From IMG/VR virus record IMGVR_UViG_2541047715_000004: a stretch of DNA of 64,000 nucleotides. One strand, given 5' to 3'. Below are positions 20,185 to 29,979 of this stretch, piece by piece (positions within the stretch are counted from its first letter, which is position 1; every line of letters begins with the position of its first letter). The notes beneath the pieces were generated by a model. It was not told the origin of the DNA, searched no databases, and saw nothing but the letters and a program-made list of their open reading frames with translations. A program made the position numbers and the translations under genes. The stretch comes from a virus (lineage: Duplodnaviria > Heunggongvirae > Uroviricota > Caudoviricetes).

Positions 20185-21284
20185 CACACTGCGCGGAATG
20201 CGATTTCGCCAGGTATTACTTCACCTTGCCAATACATTTGGGCGGCAACGCGATCTGCGAGGTCACGATAAATAGCCGTAAATTCGCTATCTGGACGACT
20301 AATAACGGTTGGTGTTCCGTTATCCAGATCTTCACGAAGAGAGATATGAAGTGGCATTTGGCCTAACAACTGCGTGTTGTATTTCTCGGCCAGTTTCTGT
20401 GCGCCACCGGTGCCAAAAATTGGCTCGTGATGACCGCAGTTACTGCAAATATGCACACTCATGTTTTCGACGATACCCAGTACCGGCACTTCGACTTTTT
20501 CGAACATCACAATGCCTTTCTTCGCATCGATCAGCGCGATGTCTTGCGGCGTAGTTACCACAACCGCACCAGTTACAGGAATGTTCTGCGCCAGCGTCAA
20601 CTGAATATCACCAGTGCCCGGCGGCATATCGAGAACGAGATAGTCCAGATCAGGCCATAGAGTTTCCTGCAACATCTGCATCAGCGCCTTGCTGGCCATC
20701 GGTCCACGCCACACCATTGCATTGTCGTCGGTGACCAGATAACCAATAGAGTTGGTTGCCAGGCCATGAGACATGATAGGTGCCATGTGAGTACCGTCAG
20801 GTGAGGTTGGACGTTGGTTTTCCGCGCCCAGCATGGTTGGAATTGATGGACCATAGATATCGGCATCCAAAATACCAACTTTCGCACCTTCAGCAGCCAA
20901 CGCCAGTGCCAGGTTTACCGCCGTGGAGGATTTACCCACGCCGCCCTTGCCTGAGCTGACGGCGATAATGTTCTTAACGCCATTAATGCCTGGTTGGTTT
21001 TTGACGCGCTTAAGCGTGGCAATGTTGTACGACAGCTTCCAGTCAATAGCCTTTGCGCCAGTGATACGGAGCAGATCACCACTACATTGCTCTTTCAGGT
21101 CTTCAAAAGGCTTATTCCACACGAAAGGCATGATTAGTTCGACATGCAGTGTGTCATCCATCAACGCAACATGGTGTAACGCTTTAAGCGTAGTCAGGTT
21201 GTGTTTCAGGGTTGGGTGCTGAAAATTAGCCAGCGTACCGGCTACCATTGCTCTCAGGGCATCCGGCGATTTGGACTCGCTCAT
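20184..21284 (-). CDS. apbC: Fe-S cluster carrier ATPase ApbC/Mrp
   Basis: 366 aa, GKGGVGKS P-loop; near-identical to E. coli Mrp as I recall it. Confidence 0.95.
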   Translation of the reverse strand: MSESKSPDALRAMVAGTLANFQHPTLKHNLTTLKALHHVALMDDTLHVELIMPFVWNKPFEDLKEQCSGDLLRITGAKAIDWKLSYNIATLKRVKNQPGINGVKNIIAVSSGKGGVGKSSTAVNLALALAAEGAKVGILDADIYGPSIPTMLGAENQRPTSPDGTHMAPIMSHGLATNSIGYLVTDDNAMVWRGPMASKALMQMLQETLWPDLDYLVLDMPPGTGDIQLTLAQNIPVTGAVVVTTPQDIALIDAKKGIVMFEKVEVPVLGIVENMSVHICSNCGHHEPIFGTGGAQKLAEKYNTQLLGQMPLHISLREDLDNGTPTVISRPDSEFTAIYRDLADRVAAQMYWQGEVIPGEIAFRAV

Positions 21285-21441
21285 CCCGTCTCCTTTATTT
21301 TAATTTGCGCAATTGTCGCCTTGTAGTGTACTCCAGCTACGACATTTAATCATTTATGAGAAATGCTGTTATCACATGGCAGACATAAGGCCATTTTGTT
21401 ACTATCAAGCCCCTTTTCACTACAAAGAAGTAATGCCTACT

Positions 21442-23475
21442 ATGACCCAAGTCGCGAAGAAAATTCTGGTGACGTGCGCGCTGCCGTACGCTAACGGCTC
21501 AATCCACCTCGGCCATATGCTGGAGCACATCCAGGCTGATGTCTGGGTTCGTTACCAGCGAATGCGCGGCCACGAGGTTAATTTCATCTGTGCCGACGAT
21601 GCCCACGGTACGCCGATCATGCTGAAAGCACAGCAGCTTGGTATCACACCGGAGCAGATGATTGGCGAAATGAGTCAGGAACACCAGACTGATTTCGCAG
21701 GCTTTAACATCAGCTATGACAACTATCACTCGACGCACAGCGAAGAGAACCGCCAGCTGTCTGAGCTTATCTATACTCGCCTGAAAGAGAACGGTTTTAT
21801 TAAAAACCGCACTATCTCTCAGTTGTACGACCCGGAAAAAGGCATGTTCCTGCCGGATCGTTTTGTGAAAGGCACCTGCCCGAAATGTAAAGCGCCAGAT
21901 CAATACGGCGATAACTGTGAAGTCTGCGGCGCAACATATAGCCCGACTGAATTGATCGAGCCGAAATCGGTGGTTTCTGGCGCTACCCCGGTAATGCGTG
22001 ATTCCGAACACTTCTTCTTTGATCTGCCTTCTTTCAGCGAAATGTTGCAGGCATGGACCCGCAGCGGCGCGTTGCAGGAGCAGGTGGCGAACAAAATGCA
22101 GGAATGGTTTGAATCCGGCCTGCAACAGTGGGATATCTCCCGAGATGCGCCTTACTTCGGTTTTGAAATTCCGAACGCGCCGGGCAAATATTTCTACGTC
22201 TGGCTGGACGCGCCGATTGGCTACATGGGTTCCTTCAAGAATCTGTGCGACAAACGCGGCGACACTACCAGCTTCGACGAATACTGGAAGAAAGACTCCA
22301 CCGCCGAGCTGTACCACTTCATCGGTAAAGATATCGTTTACTTCCACAGCCTGTTCTGGCCTGCCATGCTGGAAGGCAGCAACTTCCGCAAGCCGACCAA
22401 CCTGTTTGTTCACGGCTATGTGACGGTGAACGGCGCGAAGATGTCCAAGTCTCGCGGCACCTTTATTAAAGCCAGCACCTGGCTGAATCATTTTGACGCC
22501 GACAGCCTGCGTTACTACTACACTGCGAAACTCTCTTCGCGCATTGATGATATCGATCTCAACCTGGAAGATTTTGTTCAGCGCGTGAATGCCGATATCG
22601 TGAACAAAGTGGTTAACCTGGCCTCCCGTAATGCAGGTTTTATCAACAAACGTTTTGACGGCGTGCTGGCAAGCGAACTGGCTGACCCGCAACTGTACAA
22701 AACCTTCACTGATGCCGCTGAAGTGATTGGTGAAGCGTGGGAAAGCCGCGAATTTGGCAAAGCTATCCGTGAAATCATGTCACTGGCTGACCTGGCTAAC
22801 CGCTATGTTGATGAACAGGCTCCGTGGGTGGTGGCGAAGCAGGAAGGCCGCGATGCCGACCTGCAGGCGATTTGCTCTATGGGCATTAACCTGTTCCGCG
22901 TGCTGATGACGTACCTGAAACCGGTACTGCCGAAACTGACTGAACGTGCAGAAGCATTCCTGAATACAGAACTGACCTGGGATGGTATCCAGCAACCGCT
23001 GCTGGGCCATAAAGTGAATCCGTTCAAGGCACTGTATAACCGTATCGATATGAAACAGGTGGAAGCACTGGTGGAAGCATCCAAAGAAGAAGTGAAAGCC
23101 ACAGCTGCACAGGTAACTGGCCCACTGGCTGACGACCCGATTCAGGAAACCATCACCTTTGACGACTTCGCCAAAGTTGACCTGCGTGTGGCGCTGATTG
23201 AAAACGCGGAGTTTGTCGAAGGTTCTGACAAACTGCTGCGTCTGACACTGGATCTCGGTGGTGAAAAGCGTAATGTCTTCTCAGGCATCCGTTCTGCTTA
23301 TCCAGACCCACAGGCACTGATTGGTCGTCACACCATTATGGTGGCTAACCTGGCTCCGCGTAAAATGCGCTTCGGTATCTCCGAAGGCATGGTGATGGCT
23401 GCTGGCCCCGGCGGGAAAGATATCTTCCTGTTAAGCCCGGATGCTGGTGCTAAACCAGGCCACCAGGTTAAGTAA
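21442..23475 (+). CDS. metG: methionine--tRNA ligase
   Basis: 677 aa from ATG 21442; HLGH and KMSKS motifs; near-identical to E. coli MetG as I recall it; divergent from apbC as in E. coli. Confidence 0.95.
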   Translation: MTQVAKKILVTCALPYANGSIHLGHMLEHIQADVWVRYQRMRGHEVNFICADDAHGTPIMLKAQQLGITPEQMIGEMSQEHQTDFAGFNISYDNYHSTHSEENRQLSELIYTRLKENGFIKNRTISQLYDPEKGMFLPDRFVKGTCPKCKAPDQYGDNCEVCGATYSPTELIEPKSVVSGATPVMRDSEHFFFDLPSFSEMLQAWTRSGALQEQVANKMQEWFESGLQQWDISRDAPYFGFEIPNAPGKYFYVWLDAPIGYMGSFKNLCDKRGDTTSFDEYWKKDSTAELYHFIGKDIVYFHSLFWPAMLEGSNFRKPTNLFVHGYVTVNGAKMSKSRGTFIKASTWLNHFDADSLRYYYTAKLSSRIDDIDLNLEDFVQRVNADIVNKVVNLASRNAGFINKRFDGVLASELADPQLYKTFTDAAEVIGEAWESREFGKAIREIMSLADLANRYVDEQAPWVVAKQEGRDADLQAICSMGINLFRVLMTYLKPVLPKLTERAEAFLNTELTWDGIQQPLLGHKVNPFKALYNRIDMKQVEALVEASKEEVKATAAQVTGPLADDPIQETITFDDFAKVDLRVALIENAEFVEGSDKLLRLTLDLGGEKRNVFSGIRSAYPDPQALIGRHTIMVANLAPRKMRFGISEGMVMAAGPGGKDIFLLSPDAGAKPGHQVK

Positions 23476-23494
23476 TTAAACAACCTCTGTTCGC

Positions 23495-23521
23495 AATGCC
23501 CGGCAACACGCTGGGCATTTT
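23495..23521 (+). terminator. putative terminator after metG
   Basis: AATGCCC...GGGCATT hairpin followed by TTTT. Confidence 0.45.
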
Positions 23522-23556
23522 CATATAGACACAACCCCTTCTGACTTTAACAAACC

Positions 23557-23575
23557 CTAAAACAATTTGTTTTCT
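23557..23575 (+). promoter_or_regulatory. family 1 palindrome (AAAACAATTTGTTTT)
   Basis: First phage-type motif right of metG, about 80 bp after the metG stop. Confidence 0.5.
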
Positions 23576-23607
23576 ACCTTTTGTTGATTGAGATAATAAG
23601 CCACATA

Positions 23608-23626
23608 AGAAAACAAATTGTTTCGG
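23608..23626 (+). promoter_or_regulatory. family 1 palindrome (GAAAACAAATTGTTTC)
   Basis: Second copy, 11 bp before ATG 23637. Confidence 0.5.
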
Positions 23627-23636
23627 AGTTGTTGAA

Positions 23637-23936
23637 ATGTTGAACATTACCCAAGCCTACCAGGTGGCATTGATCAGTTCATCTCATACATCAGAGGAAG
23701 ATGCTCGCCGATTCATGATCGCAAGCAATGAGCTGGATTGGGTTTCACAAATTGATGGCGGTTGTATTGTCCACGCCGGGTTACAGGATGATGTCTGGAA
23801 AGATGACTTGCGTCGATATGGTATATCCGAAGGCGCGATTGCTAACATTCAGAAAGTACTTGATGTAGGCTTTGACTCTGTACATTTTGATTGTGGTGCA
23901 CCGGTCGTTGAAGGGCTAGAGTGCTGGCAATGGTAA
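23637..23936 (+). CDS. hypothetical protein
   Basis: 99-aa ORF after tandem family 1 palindromes. Confidence 0.45.
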   Translation: MLNITQAYQVALISSSHTSEEDARRFMIASNELDWVSQIDGGCIVHAGLQDDVWKDDLRRYGISEGAIANIQKVLDVGFDSVHFDCGAPVVEGLECWQW

Positions 23937-23972
23937 TCCGGCAATCGCTTCATACTAGATAACGGAGAATTT

Positions 23973-24158
23973 ATGCTTAAAGAAGACTCATATCTACTAA
24001 AGGCGCTTGAAATGCGTGGCGTTGAACCTACAGTGAAAAACGCTCACGATATCTACCTTCAGTTTTCACCGGAGCTGAAACGGCTCATAAATCAATACGG
24101 GGTTAATGACTCAAGTGTTAAAGCAATGATAGATGATGAATTAGACCATCTCATCTAA
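23973..24158 (+). CDS. hypothetical protein
   Basis: 61-aa ORF with GGAG RBS. Confidence 0.35.
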   Translation: MLKEDSYLLKALEMRGVEPTVKNAHDIYLQFSPELKRLINQYGVNDSSVKAMIDDELDHLI

Positions 24159-24310
24159 TCGTTTCCTATGATAATGGTTTTCACTTTGAGATTGTTATTT
24201 TTCATAGCTAAAGCTGATGTTTGTGGAAGGTGGATTGATAAACGGATGCGTATTTAGGTTATACAAGTGAGAAAATTGATAATATATAAACGCGATTTTT
24301 ATGTGATGGA

Positions 24311-24880
24311 ATGGATGTGATGGAAACCCAGAACCAACAAACAAAACCTCTGAATAACATTTATGCGTGGATTCTAGCGTTCATGCCTTTCTTCTTTGGA
24401 GTATCGCCGGAAGAGTATACCAATTACGCTATTATAATTGGGGGTGTAACTACCATCGGTTTGTTAGTAGCTGACAGAATGGCTCTATCGGAGTCTGGCT
24501 GTGAACCACCTTCAATTCTATGGGGGGTATTCCTCCTGCCTGTCTATCTCTGGAAGCGCGCGACTATTACAAAAGGCAGCAGAGTGCCATTTATCATAAT
24601 CGTTGCGTCGCTGGCTTGGATTATCTTCATCGGCATCCCACACAAGGACGAGGTTGCTCTTGAAGAAGCAGCCTGCCCTCTCGTGACAACTATTCTGAAA
24701 GAGAATAACGGTTCGACTGCACCAAAATGTATGAAGGTGACAATAGAGGACAAGGTGACGGATAAGTTCTATAGAGCAACGGCTACACTAGACAATGGTA
24801 ATGACATTAACATTACTCTGGAACTTACCGGCGACAGGAACTTCTACGTCCGTGTTCCAAATGTTTATCTGAACAACTAA
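24311..24880 (+). CDS. hypothetical integral membrane protein
   Basis: Several hydrophobic helices. Confidence 0.45.
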   Translation: MDVMETQNQQTKPLNNIYAWILAFMPFFFGVSPEEYTNYAIIIGGVTTIGLLVADRMALSESGCEPPSILWGVFLLPVYLWKRATITKGSRVPFIIIVASLAWIIFIGIPHKDEVALEEAACPLVTTILKENNGSTAPKCMKVTIEDKVTDKFYRATATLDNGNDINITLELTGDRNFYVRVPNVYLNN

Positions 24881-25949
24881 CGGTTGTAACTTATTGATAA
24901 TGGCGGTCACAATTTGATTCTTTTCTATAAGAATCCGTTGATCGCCACTACTCCCCTACCATGCCCGCAATCACATCCTTAAATATCAATAAGTTATAGT
25001 TGTTTATACAATCAAGAAAACAACTGAATAACAGATCAACGAAACATCAACGCTTTCACCCGATTTGGTCTAAAAAATTGACGTTTTCACACATCACTGC
25101 TTATACCCGTAATTCTACACAGCAGACAGCGCCACAGCGTCCAATTTTCACCACAGACGACCCAACACACTACCAACAAAAACACATGCTCAAAATCGTT
25201 CCCGTTGCGTTACATAACCATATAAACAACTTATTTTCAGGCATAACAAAACAACTAAATAACACATATGCCATTCCCAAAACAACCAACCTCGTTATGG
25301 CAGGCTACCGAAAAGACCCACCTCTTCTTCCCAGGCTACCGGACAACCAACCTAACTTTCACAGGCAATCCGAAAACATTCATACGCGCGATACCCACGA
25401 CACGCCATTACCCAAACAGCGAAGAAACACCAGAATCACTGAAACCCCAACGAAGCCTGTAACCGCAAGGTTTCTCTCAATCCCAAAAGACACGAAGCAT
25501 AACAATCACGGGAAACGCCATTACCCAATACACGAATAACTACAAAAGCCTTTCACACACTCCAGACAAACAACTCAAACACAATAACGAAAGGAATCGC
25601 CCACCTGCCATTACTCCATACACGGAGAAGAACAATCACCAAAACGACGAGAACACCCCATAGAAGAACCACCGCAAAACTAACGAAACCACATACACCG
25701 ACAGAGAAAACAACACACCCAATTCACCAACAGAAATAGTCGCCGTATAGAACGTTCTGGAAGGAGTGAGCATTAACGCCTATAGAGAGGTTGAGACAGA
25801 TAAAACACGAAGAAAACACAACATGTATAGCGAAGAAGCCAGGTATGTATAAGTGGGGAGGGAAGGAGGGGTGTCGCCTCCTTTTTCGTATTTATTCAAC
25901 TCCTGATTTTATCCCCCGTAAAACCCCTACGGTCAGCCTTCGGTCCATA

Positions 25950-26085
25950 CAGGGAAAAGGTTGCATCCCGCTACAGAAACGGCTGGGTTGCCTTCGGGGA
26001 ACGGCTGGAGGTTTTCAGGGAAACGGTCGAGTTGCCTGTGTGGATTTCGGGAGAAGGCTCGATGCCGGTTCAGGAACGGTGGAGT
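25950..26085 (+). repeat. iteron-like direct repeats (consensus about GGGAAACGGCTGG), 5-6 copies at about 22-bp spacing
   Basis: cagggaaaaggttgc, cagaaacggctgg, cggggaacggctgg, cagggaaacggtcga, cgggagaaggctcga, caggaacggtgga. Confidence 0.6.
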
Positions 26086-26415
26086 ACCGGTATAGCGAGA
26101 GGGAGAGTTGCGGCTATCCACCTGTAATCTGCGGGAAGAAGAGTGGCGCTCACGTGCAGGCGGACTAACTTACCGTTGGACTCCCTCTGAATGCCCAGTT
26201 ACAGCGTAATTGTGCCAGACAGCCAACGGGTCACAATCGATTTCAGTAGGTTTTCGGGGAGATGATTATTCTGCCCACCAGCCACCTTCGGCCACTAAAT
26301 CAGAATAATGTAAAAAGTGTTCTCGGTACTGAACCTGAAAACTCACTGCCAAAACCACATTCACCGGAATAAAATCCTTTTTCGCCTGTGCGTTATTGCG
26401 ATAATAACACCATCA

Positions 26416-26434
26416 AGAAAACATGTTGTTTAAG
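26416..26434 (+). promoter_or_regulatory. family 1 palindrome (GAAAACATGTTGTTT)
   Basis: Upstream of ATG 26444. Confidence 0.45.
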
Positions 26435-26443
26435 GATTGCTTT

Positions 26444-26773
26444 ATGTTTGCAAATATCGACATCAACCAAATCAAGAAATTGACTCAAAAAGAGTTTGAC
26501 CAGTTCTATGAGCTGGAAGGTTGGTCTTCCACTCTGATCAATTCGCGGTGGGTGCTTGAGCTGATGACTCGTGATGACGCACCTGCTTTGATGATTTGCG
26601 ACATGGGTGAAGATGCTGACTTTATGGATATGAGCGAATTTTGTGTGGACACATACAACCGCAGCCAGAAGTACTACTTCACATGCGATAGCGAGAATGA
26701 CGTGATTTCTAAGGTCTATCTTCACCTTGTCCAGCATTGGGACGTTCAGGAGTTTCTTGAAGTATTCGAGTAA
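26444..26773 (+). CDS. hypothetical protein
   Basis: ATG 26444 with AAGGA RBS; earlier ATG in track lies inside the palindrome. Confidence 0.45.
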   Translation: MFANIDINQIKKLTQKEFDQFYELEGWSSTLINSRWVLELMTRDDAPALMICDMGEDADFMDMSEFCVDTYNRSQKYYFTCDSENDVISKVYLHLVQHWDVQEFLEVFE

Positions 26774-26783
26774 ACCTAACCAA

Positions 26784-26806
26784 AGCCAGCATTGCTGGCT
26801 TAATTT
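26784..26806 (+). terminator. putative terminator
   Basis: AGCCAGCATTGCTGGCT followed by TAATTT. Confidence 0.4.
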
Positions 26807-26899
26807 CTCTATAGCCGCAGGGAAGAACCTGCATATCGCTCATGCACCTGATCATTATGCTTTGTAGCCGTTTTCTTACTGGTATTATTTACGCCATTG

Positions 26900-26916
26900 A
26901 GAAAACAAGTTGTTTA
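26900..26916 (+). promoter_or_regulatory. family 1 palindrome (GAAAACAAGTTGTTT)
   Basis: Upstream of ATG 26927. Confidence 0.45.
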
Positions 26917-26926
26917 CGGAGTTGTG

Positions 26927-27238
26927 ATGAAAAAATCATTGGTTCTTGGTCTGGACAAAGACCAGAAGAGAAAAGAGAAGCCTGCGCTGGTTGCTCAATT
27001 AACTTTGCTGGACATCGTTGCCAATGGAACCTCTATTCGTCTGTTCCGTGAAACAGCGGTGTCTTTCGATAAAAACACCTTTACTCGTTATGTAATGAAT
27101 GTTCGTCGCCAGCGTGGAAAAGGCTGGATGGCATTTCAAAGAATGTGGCCGGAACATCAGCTCGAACTGGCTTTGATGGAAGTTAACCGCGTGGCCCAGC
27201 AAGAAATTCAGAGAGCATCAGTGATGGCAATAGCCTGA
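26927..27238 (+). CDS. hypothetical protein
   Basis: ATG 26927; track start at 26897 is TTG inside the palindrome. Confidence 0.45.
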   Translation: MKKSLVLGLDKDQKRKEKPALVAQLTLLDIVANGTSIRLFRETAVSFDKNTFTRYVMNVRRQRGKGWMAFQRMWPEHQLELALMEVNRVAQQEIQRASVMAIA

Positions 27239-27271
27239 TAATGTGCAAGTGGTAATTAGTCGACAGTACGA

Positions 27272-27300
27272 CAGCCCCGCCATCCTTACGGGGCTTTTTT
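27272..27300 (+). terminator. rho-independent terminator
   Basis: AGCCCCGCCATCCTTACGGGGCT followed by TTTTTT. Confidence 0.65.
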
Positions 27301-27364
27301 GTATTGTAAGTACATACTTACGATCATAGAATATAAAAATAACCAATACACTACGGAGAGTGAA

Positions 27365-27760
27365 ATGACCGTTAAACGCGAAAAACTGACTGTTGATGTT
27401 TACTATGCCTCTGAAACCGCCGAAGGTAAGAATGTGGCAAAAATCACCGTTGTTACGTACAACACCGAAACTGGTGCCGAAGTACAGGCCAGTACGATCG
27501 TGCGTAAAGGTGATGCCTCCGGCGGCGAGTACGCGACTCAATACCAGTCCATTCTCGATGCAACTGACCCGCTGCTGCTGAAAATCGAGAACTACTTCCG
27601 CCAGGTTGATGAAGAGGTGTTTGAAACCATGATGAATATGGTTAACACCGTATTCGCCTCCAACCTGAATACCAACACTACCTGGATTGGTCAGTACGGC
27701 CTGCGCATTACCTCTGGCATTCCTGCCGACACCTTAATCCCTGAAAGCGTATTCGCTTAA
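27365..27760 (+). CDS. hypothetical protein
   Basis: ATG 27365 with GGAGAG RBS. Confidence 0.45.
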   Translation: MTVKREKLTVDVYYASETAEGKNVAKITVVTYNTETGAEVQASTIVRKGDASGGEYATQYQSILDATDPLLLKIENYFRQVDEEVFETMMNMVNTVFASNLNTNTTWIGQYGLRITSGIPADTLIPESVFA

Positions 27761-27769
27761 TCCTCTTTA

Positions 27770-27796
27770 AATGGCGCGTAAACCGCGCCATTTTAT
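27770..27796 (+). terminator. rho-independent terminator
   Basis: AATGGCGCGTAAACCGCGCCATT followed by TTATT. Confidence 0.6.
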
Positions 27797-27803
27797 TAAG
27801 CCC

Positions 27804-27820
27804 GATAACAATTTGTTTTC
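27804..27820 (+). promoter_or_regulatory. family 1 palindrome (AACAATTTGTTTTC)
   Basis: Upstream of ATG 27878. Confidence 0.45.
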
Positions 27821-27877
27821 TGCCTTATCTGATTTGTGAAAATGATTTCACTGAAGCAACTTAATAAGGAAACCATC

Positions 27878-28252
27878 ATGGGACTTGATATCTATATCGA
27901 GACACAGCCTAAAAACGATCTGAATAACGAGGCATCCAGAAAGCAGGTTGCTTACTTCCGTAAGTTCAATGCGCTCGTTGGGTGGATGGAGCGCAACGTA
28001 GGTGAAGTCGAAAATTGTGAGCTTTTAGAATTAACGATGAATGACATTTGTTTTCTGAAGGCTCATTTGATGCACATAAACGAAAGCAATTGCGAAGAGT
28101 ACTTGCCTACCCGGGAAGGTTTTTTCTTCGGCAGTCAGGAGTACGATGAAGGTTACTGGCATGACGTGGATAAGCTGAAAAAACTTGTGGAAGACCTGAT
28201 CAGGAACCACGACTTTCACAATAACAGACTGACCTTCTGCGCCTGGTGGTAA
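27878..28252 (+). CDS. hypothetical protein
   Basis: ATG 27878 with AAGGAAACC RBS. Confidence 0.45.
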   Translation: MGLDIYIETQPKNDLNNEASRKQVAYFRKFNALVGWMERNVGEVENCELLELTMNDICFLKAHLMHINESNCEEYLPTREGFFFGSQEYDEGYWHDVDKLKKLVEDLIRNHDFHNNRLTFCAWW

Positions 28253-28567
28253 ATATGGGCGATTTCAAGAAACGCCTGAAGGAAAGAGCCGAGATGGTCA
28301 GAAAGCAAAACGCCTCTTCTGTCATCAGATACGCAAGGCAGTTTAGTCGCAACAACAAATCAGTTGAGGAAAAGATCCTTAGCGTAATCGTGCGATAATT
28401 ATTAAGGCCATCAGCATTGGTGGCCTTAAATGACCATCTTGTTTCCCGCAGGCTAAAAACACCAACCTCTTACCTCCAGGCAACCGACAAACCCACCTGT
28501 TCCCGTCCGGCTACCGCAACTTTCCACTTTGACGCCTTATTCGTACAACGATAATTAACGCCAACAA

Positions 28568-28581
28568 GAAAACAATTTGTT
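28568..28581 (+). promoter_or_regulatory. family 1 palindrome (GAAAACAATTTGTT)
   Basis: 22 bp upstream of ATG 28603. Confidence 0.45.
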
Positions 28582-28602
28582 ATTTACGATAAGGAATTAA
28601 TC

Positions 28603-29085
28603 ATGAATTTTATCGCTACTGTAAACGCACCCGCACATGGCAATATCGCTGTAACGTTCTCTGACATTGAAAAACGAGTACTTGGTGCATGGCGCGACAA
28701 TGAGACGGTAGAACTGTCAGCACAAGAAAAATGCATTATTGCACGCGACATCATTGGCAATCGTCGTTACTCGCGGGTATTTGAGAAAGCGTATGTGGTA
28801 AATTCTGGATTCGGAACGTTCGTCTTTCCGGTGCGCTCCGGGCGATTCTGCCAGTCCAAGCTGATTGAGTTCGCTACGCAGATTTCTGTCTGGATTAAAA
28901 CTCAATCGTCGTTCAAATTTTCCGACGATGAAGCAGTATCGCAGGGGATGCGGATCGCCAACAATGCGATTAAATGCAAAAACATTACGTATACCGCTGG
29001 CGTTGATACATGGAAACTGTTTTGCGCTAACTTTATGCTGAATGTATACGCAAGCAACCGCATCCACATCCTTGATGGCGTGTAA
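28603..29085 (+). CDS. hypothetical protein
   Basis: 160-aa ORF with AAGGAA RBS. Confidence 0.5.
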   Translation: MNFIATVNAPAHGNIAVTFSDIEKRVLGAWRDNETVELSAQEKCIIARDIIGNRRYSRVFEKAYVVNSGFGTFVFPVRSGRFCQSKLIEFATQISVWIKTQSSFKFSDDEAVSQGMRIANNAIKCKNITYTAGVDTWKLFCANFMLNVYASNRIHILDGV

Positions 29086-29093
29086 CTGAGAAG

Positions 29094-29117
29094 AGGGCCA
29101 GAAACGGCCCTTTCTCT
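29094..29117 (+). terminator. putative terminator
   Basis: GGGCCAGAAACGGCCC followed by TTTCTCT. Confidence 0.5.
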
Positions 29118-29133
29118 ATAGCCACCAGCTGCC

Positions 29134-29214
29134 GCAGGGAAATTTTCAGAAACGGCGAGGAACGTATTCATGAGCCGACGGGGAACGGCCAGGATTTTTT
29201 CGGGAAACGGCTGC
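29134..29214 (+). repeat. second iteron-like cluster (GGGAAACGG family)
   Basis: cagggaaatttt, cagaaacggcgagg, gaggaacgtattc, cggggaacggccagg, cgggaaacggctgc. Confidence 0.55.
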
Positions 29215-29701
29215 ATTCGCCTTTATGTAGAAAAAACATCGGGAAGCTGGTGGAATCCAACCAGCGGTTGTCGGACAGGTGAGCGGGGAAAATTATGATG
29301 ACTTTCGTCGCCTGAGACATCCAGATTTCTTTCGTAGCGTAATCACATATGTGATTAAGTGGTGTGATTATGTGAAAAATCACGCGCACATAATACGAGA
29401 GCGGATACGGAACAAAACAAAATGCCGATCCGCGCCGACAATTAAACGCGGATCACATAGCAAGAATAAAAGCCAATGATTAACCATACACCATAACGCA
29501 ATATAACGCGATTTAAGCGCGTTAATGCGCTAAGTAATGGGTATGTACTGGTAAGGATATAAAAGCGCGTCTATGGCGTTATTTTGGCGCTTATTTTTAT
29601 GTTGTTGGTGTGAGTCAAAGACAATAAAAAAAGCGCCATCATTGGCGCGTTATGGTGGAAGTATTGGAAACGAAAAAAGCGCCCATAGTGGGCGCTCGAT
29701 T

Positions 29702-29932
29702 TTATTTATGTAAACTGATTTCAAATCCCATTTCTACAAACGCTTTTAACATTAAAAATATATCAGCGTCATTCATGTCTGCTTTTTTTCGCTCCTGGTC
29801 GCTCAATAAGTCAATTTTGCGCGTCGTTTCATCTATAAGCTCGACTGCGCGCCCAGCGTAACCAGCGATCCCAGCGATGCGATTAACAAAATATTCATTA
29901 CGTACGTTAACGCCAGCGATAAGAATAAACAT
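29702..29932 (-). CDS. hypothetical small protein
   Basis: AAGGAG RBS; minus-strand terminator GCGCCCACTATGGGCGC plus T6 right after stop. Confidence 0.45.
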   Translation of the reverse strand: MFILIAGVNVRNEYFVNRIAGIAGYAGRAVELIDETTRKIDLLSDQERKKADMNDADIFLMLKAFVEMGFEISLHK

Positions 29933-29979
29933 GATTAAGCTCCTTAAAAGCGCCCATAGTGGGCGCAAGATTCCATTAA

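Noticed and set aside
21499-22692. 397-aa ORF on the minus strand
   Set aside because: Lies entirely antisense to the conserved metG coding sequence; artefact of GC-rich codon usage.
12953-23556. Integrase, transposase or attachment sites at the cargo boundaries
   Set aside because: No recombinase ORF and no direct repeats were found at either junction; the acquisition mechanism remains open.
25000-25539. 179-aa ORF
   Set aside because: Low-complexity translation inside a G-depleted repeat tract; no RBS, no coding-like composition.
25950-26085. Possible CRISPR array
   Set aside because: Repeats are about 13 bp, degenerate, spaced about 22 bp with no unique spacers of CRISPR size and no cas genes; they fit iterons instead.
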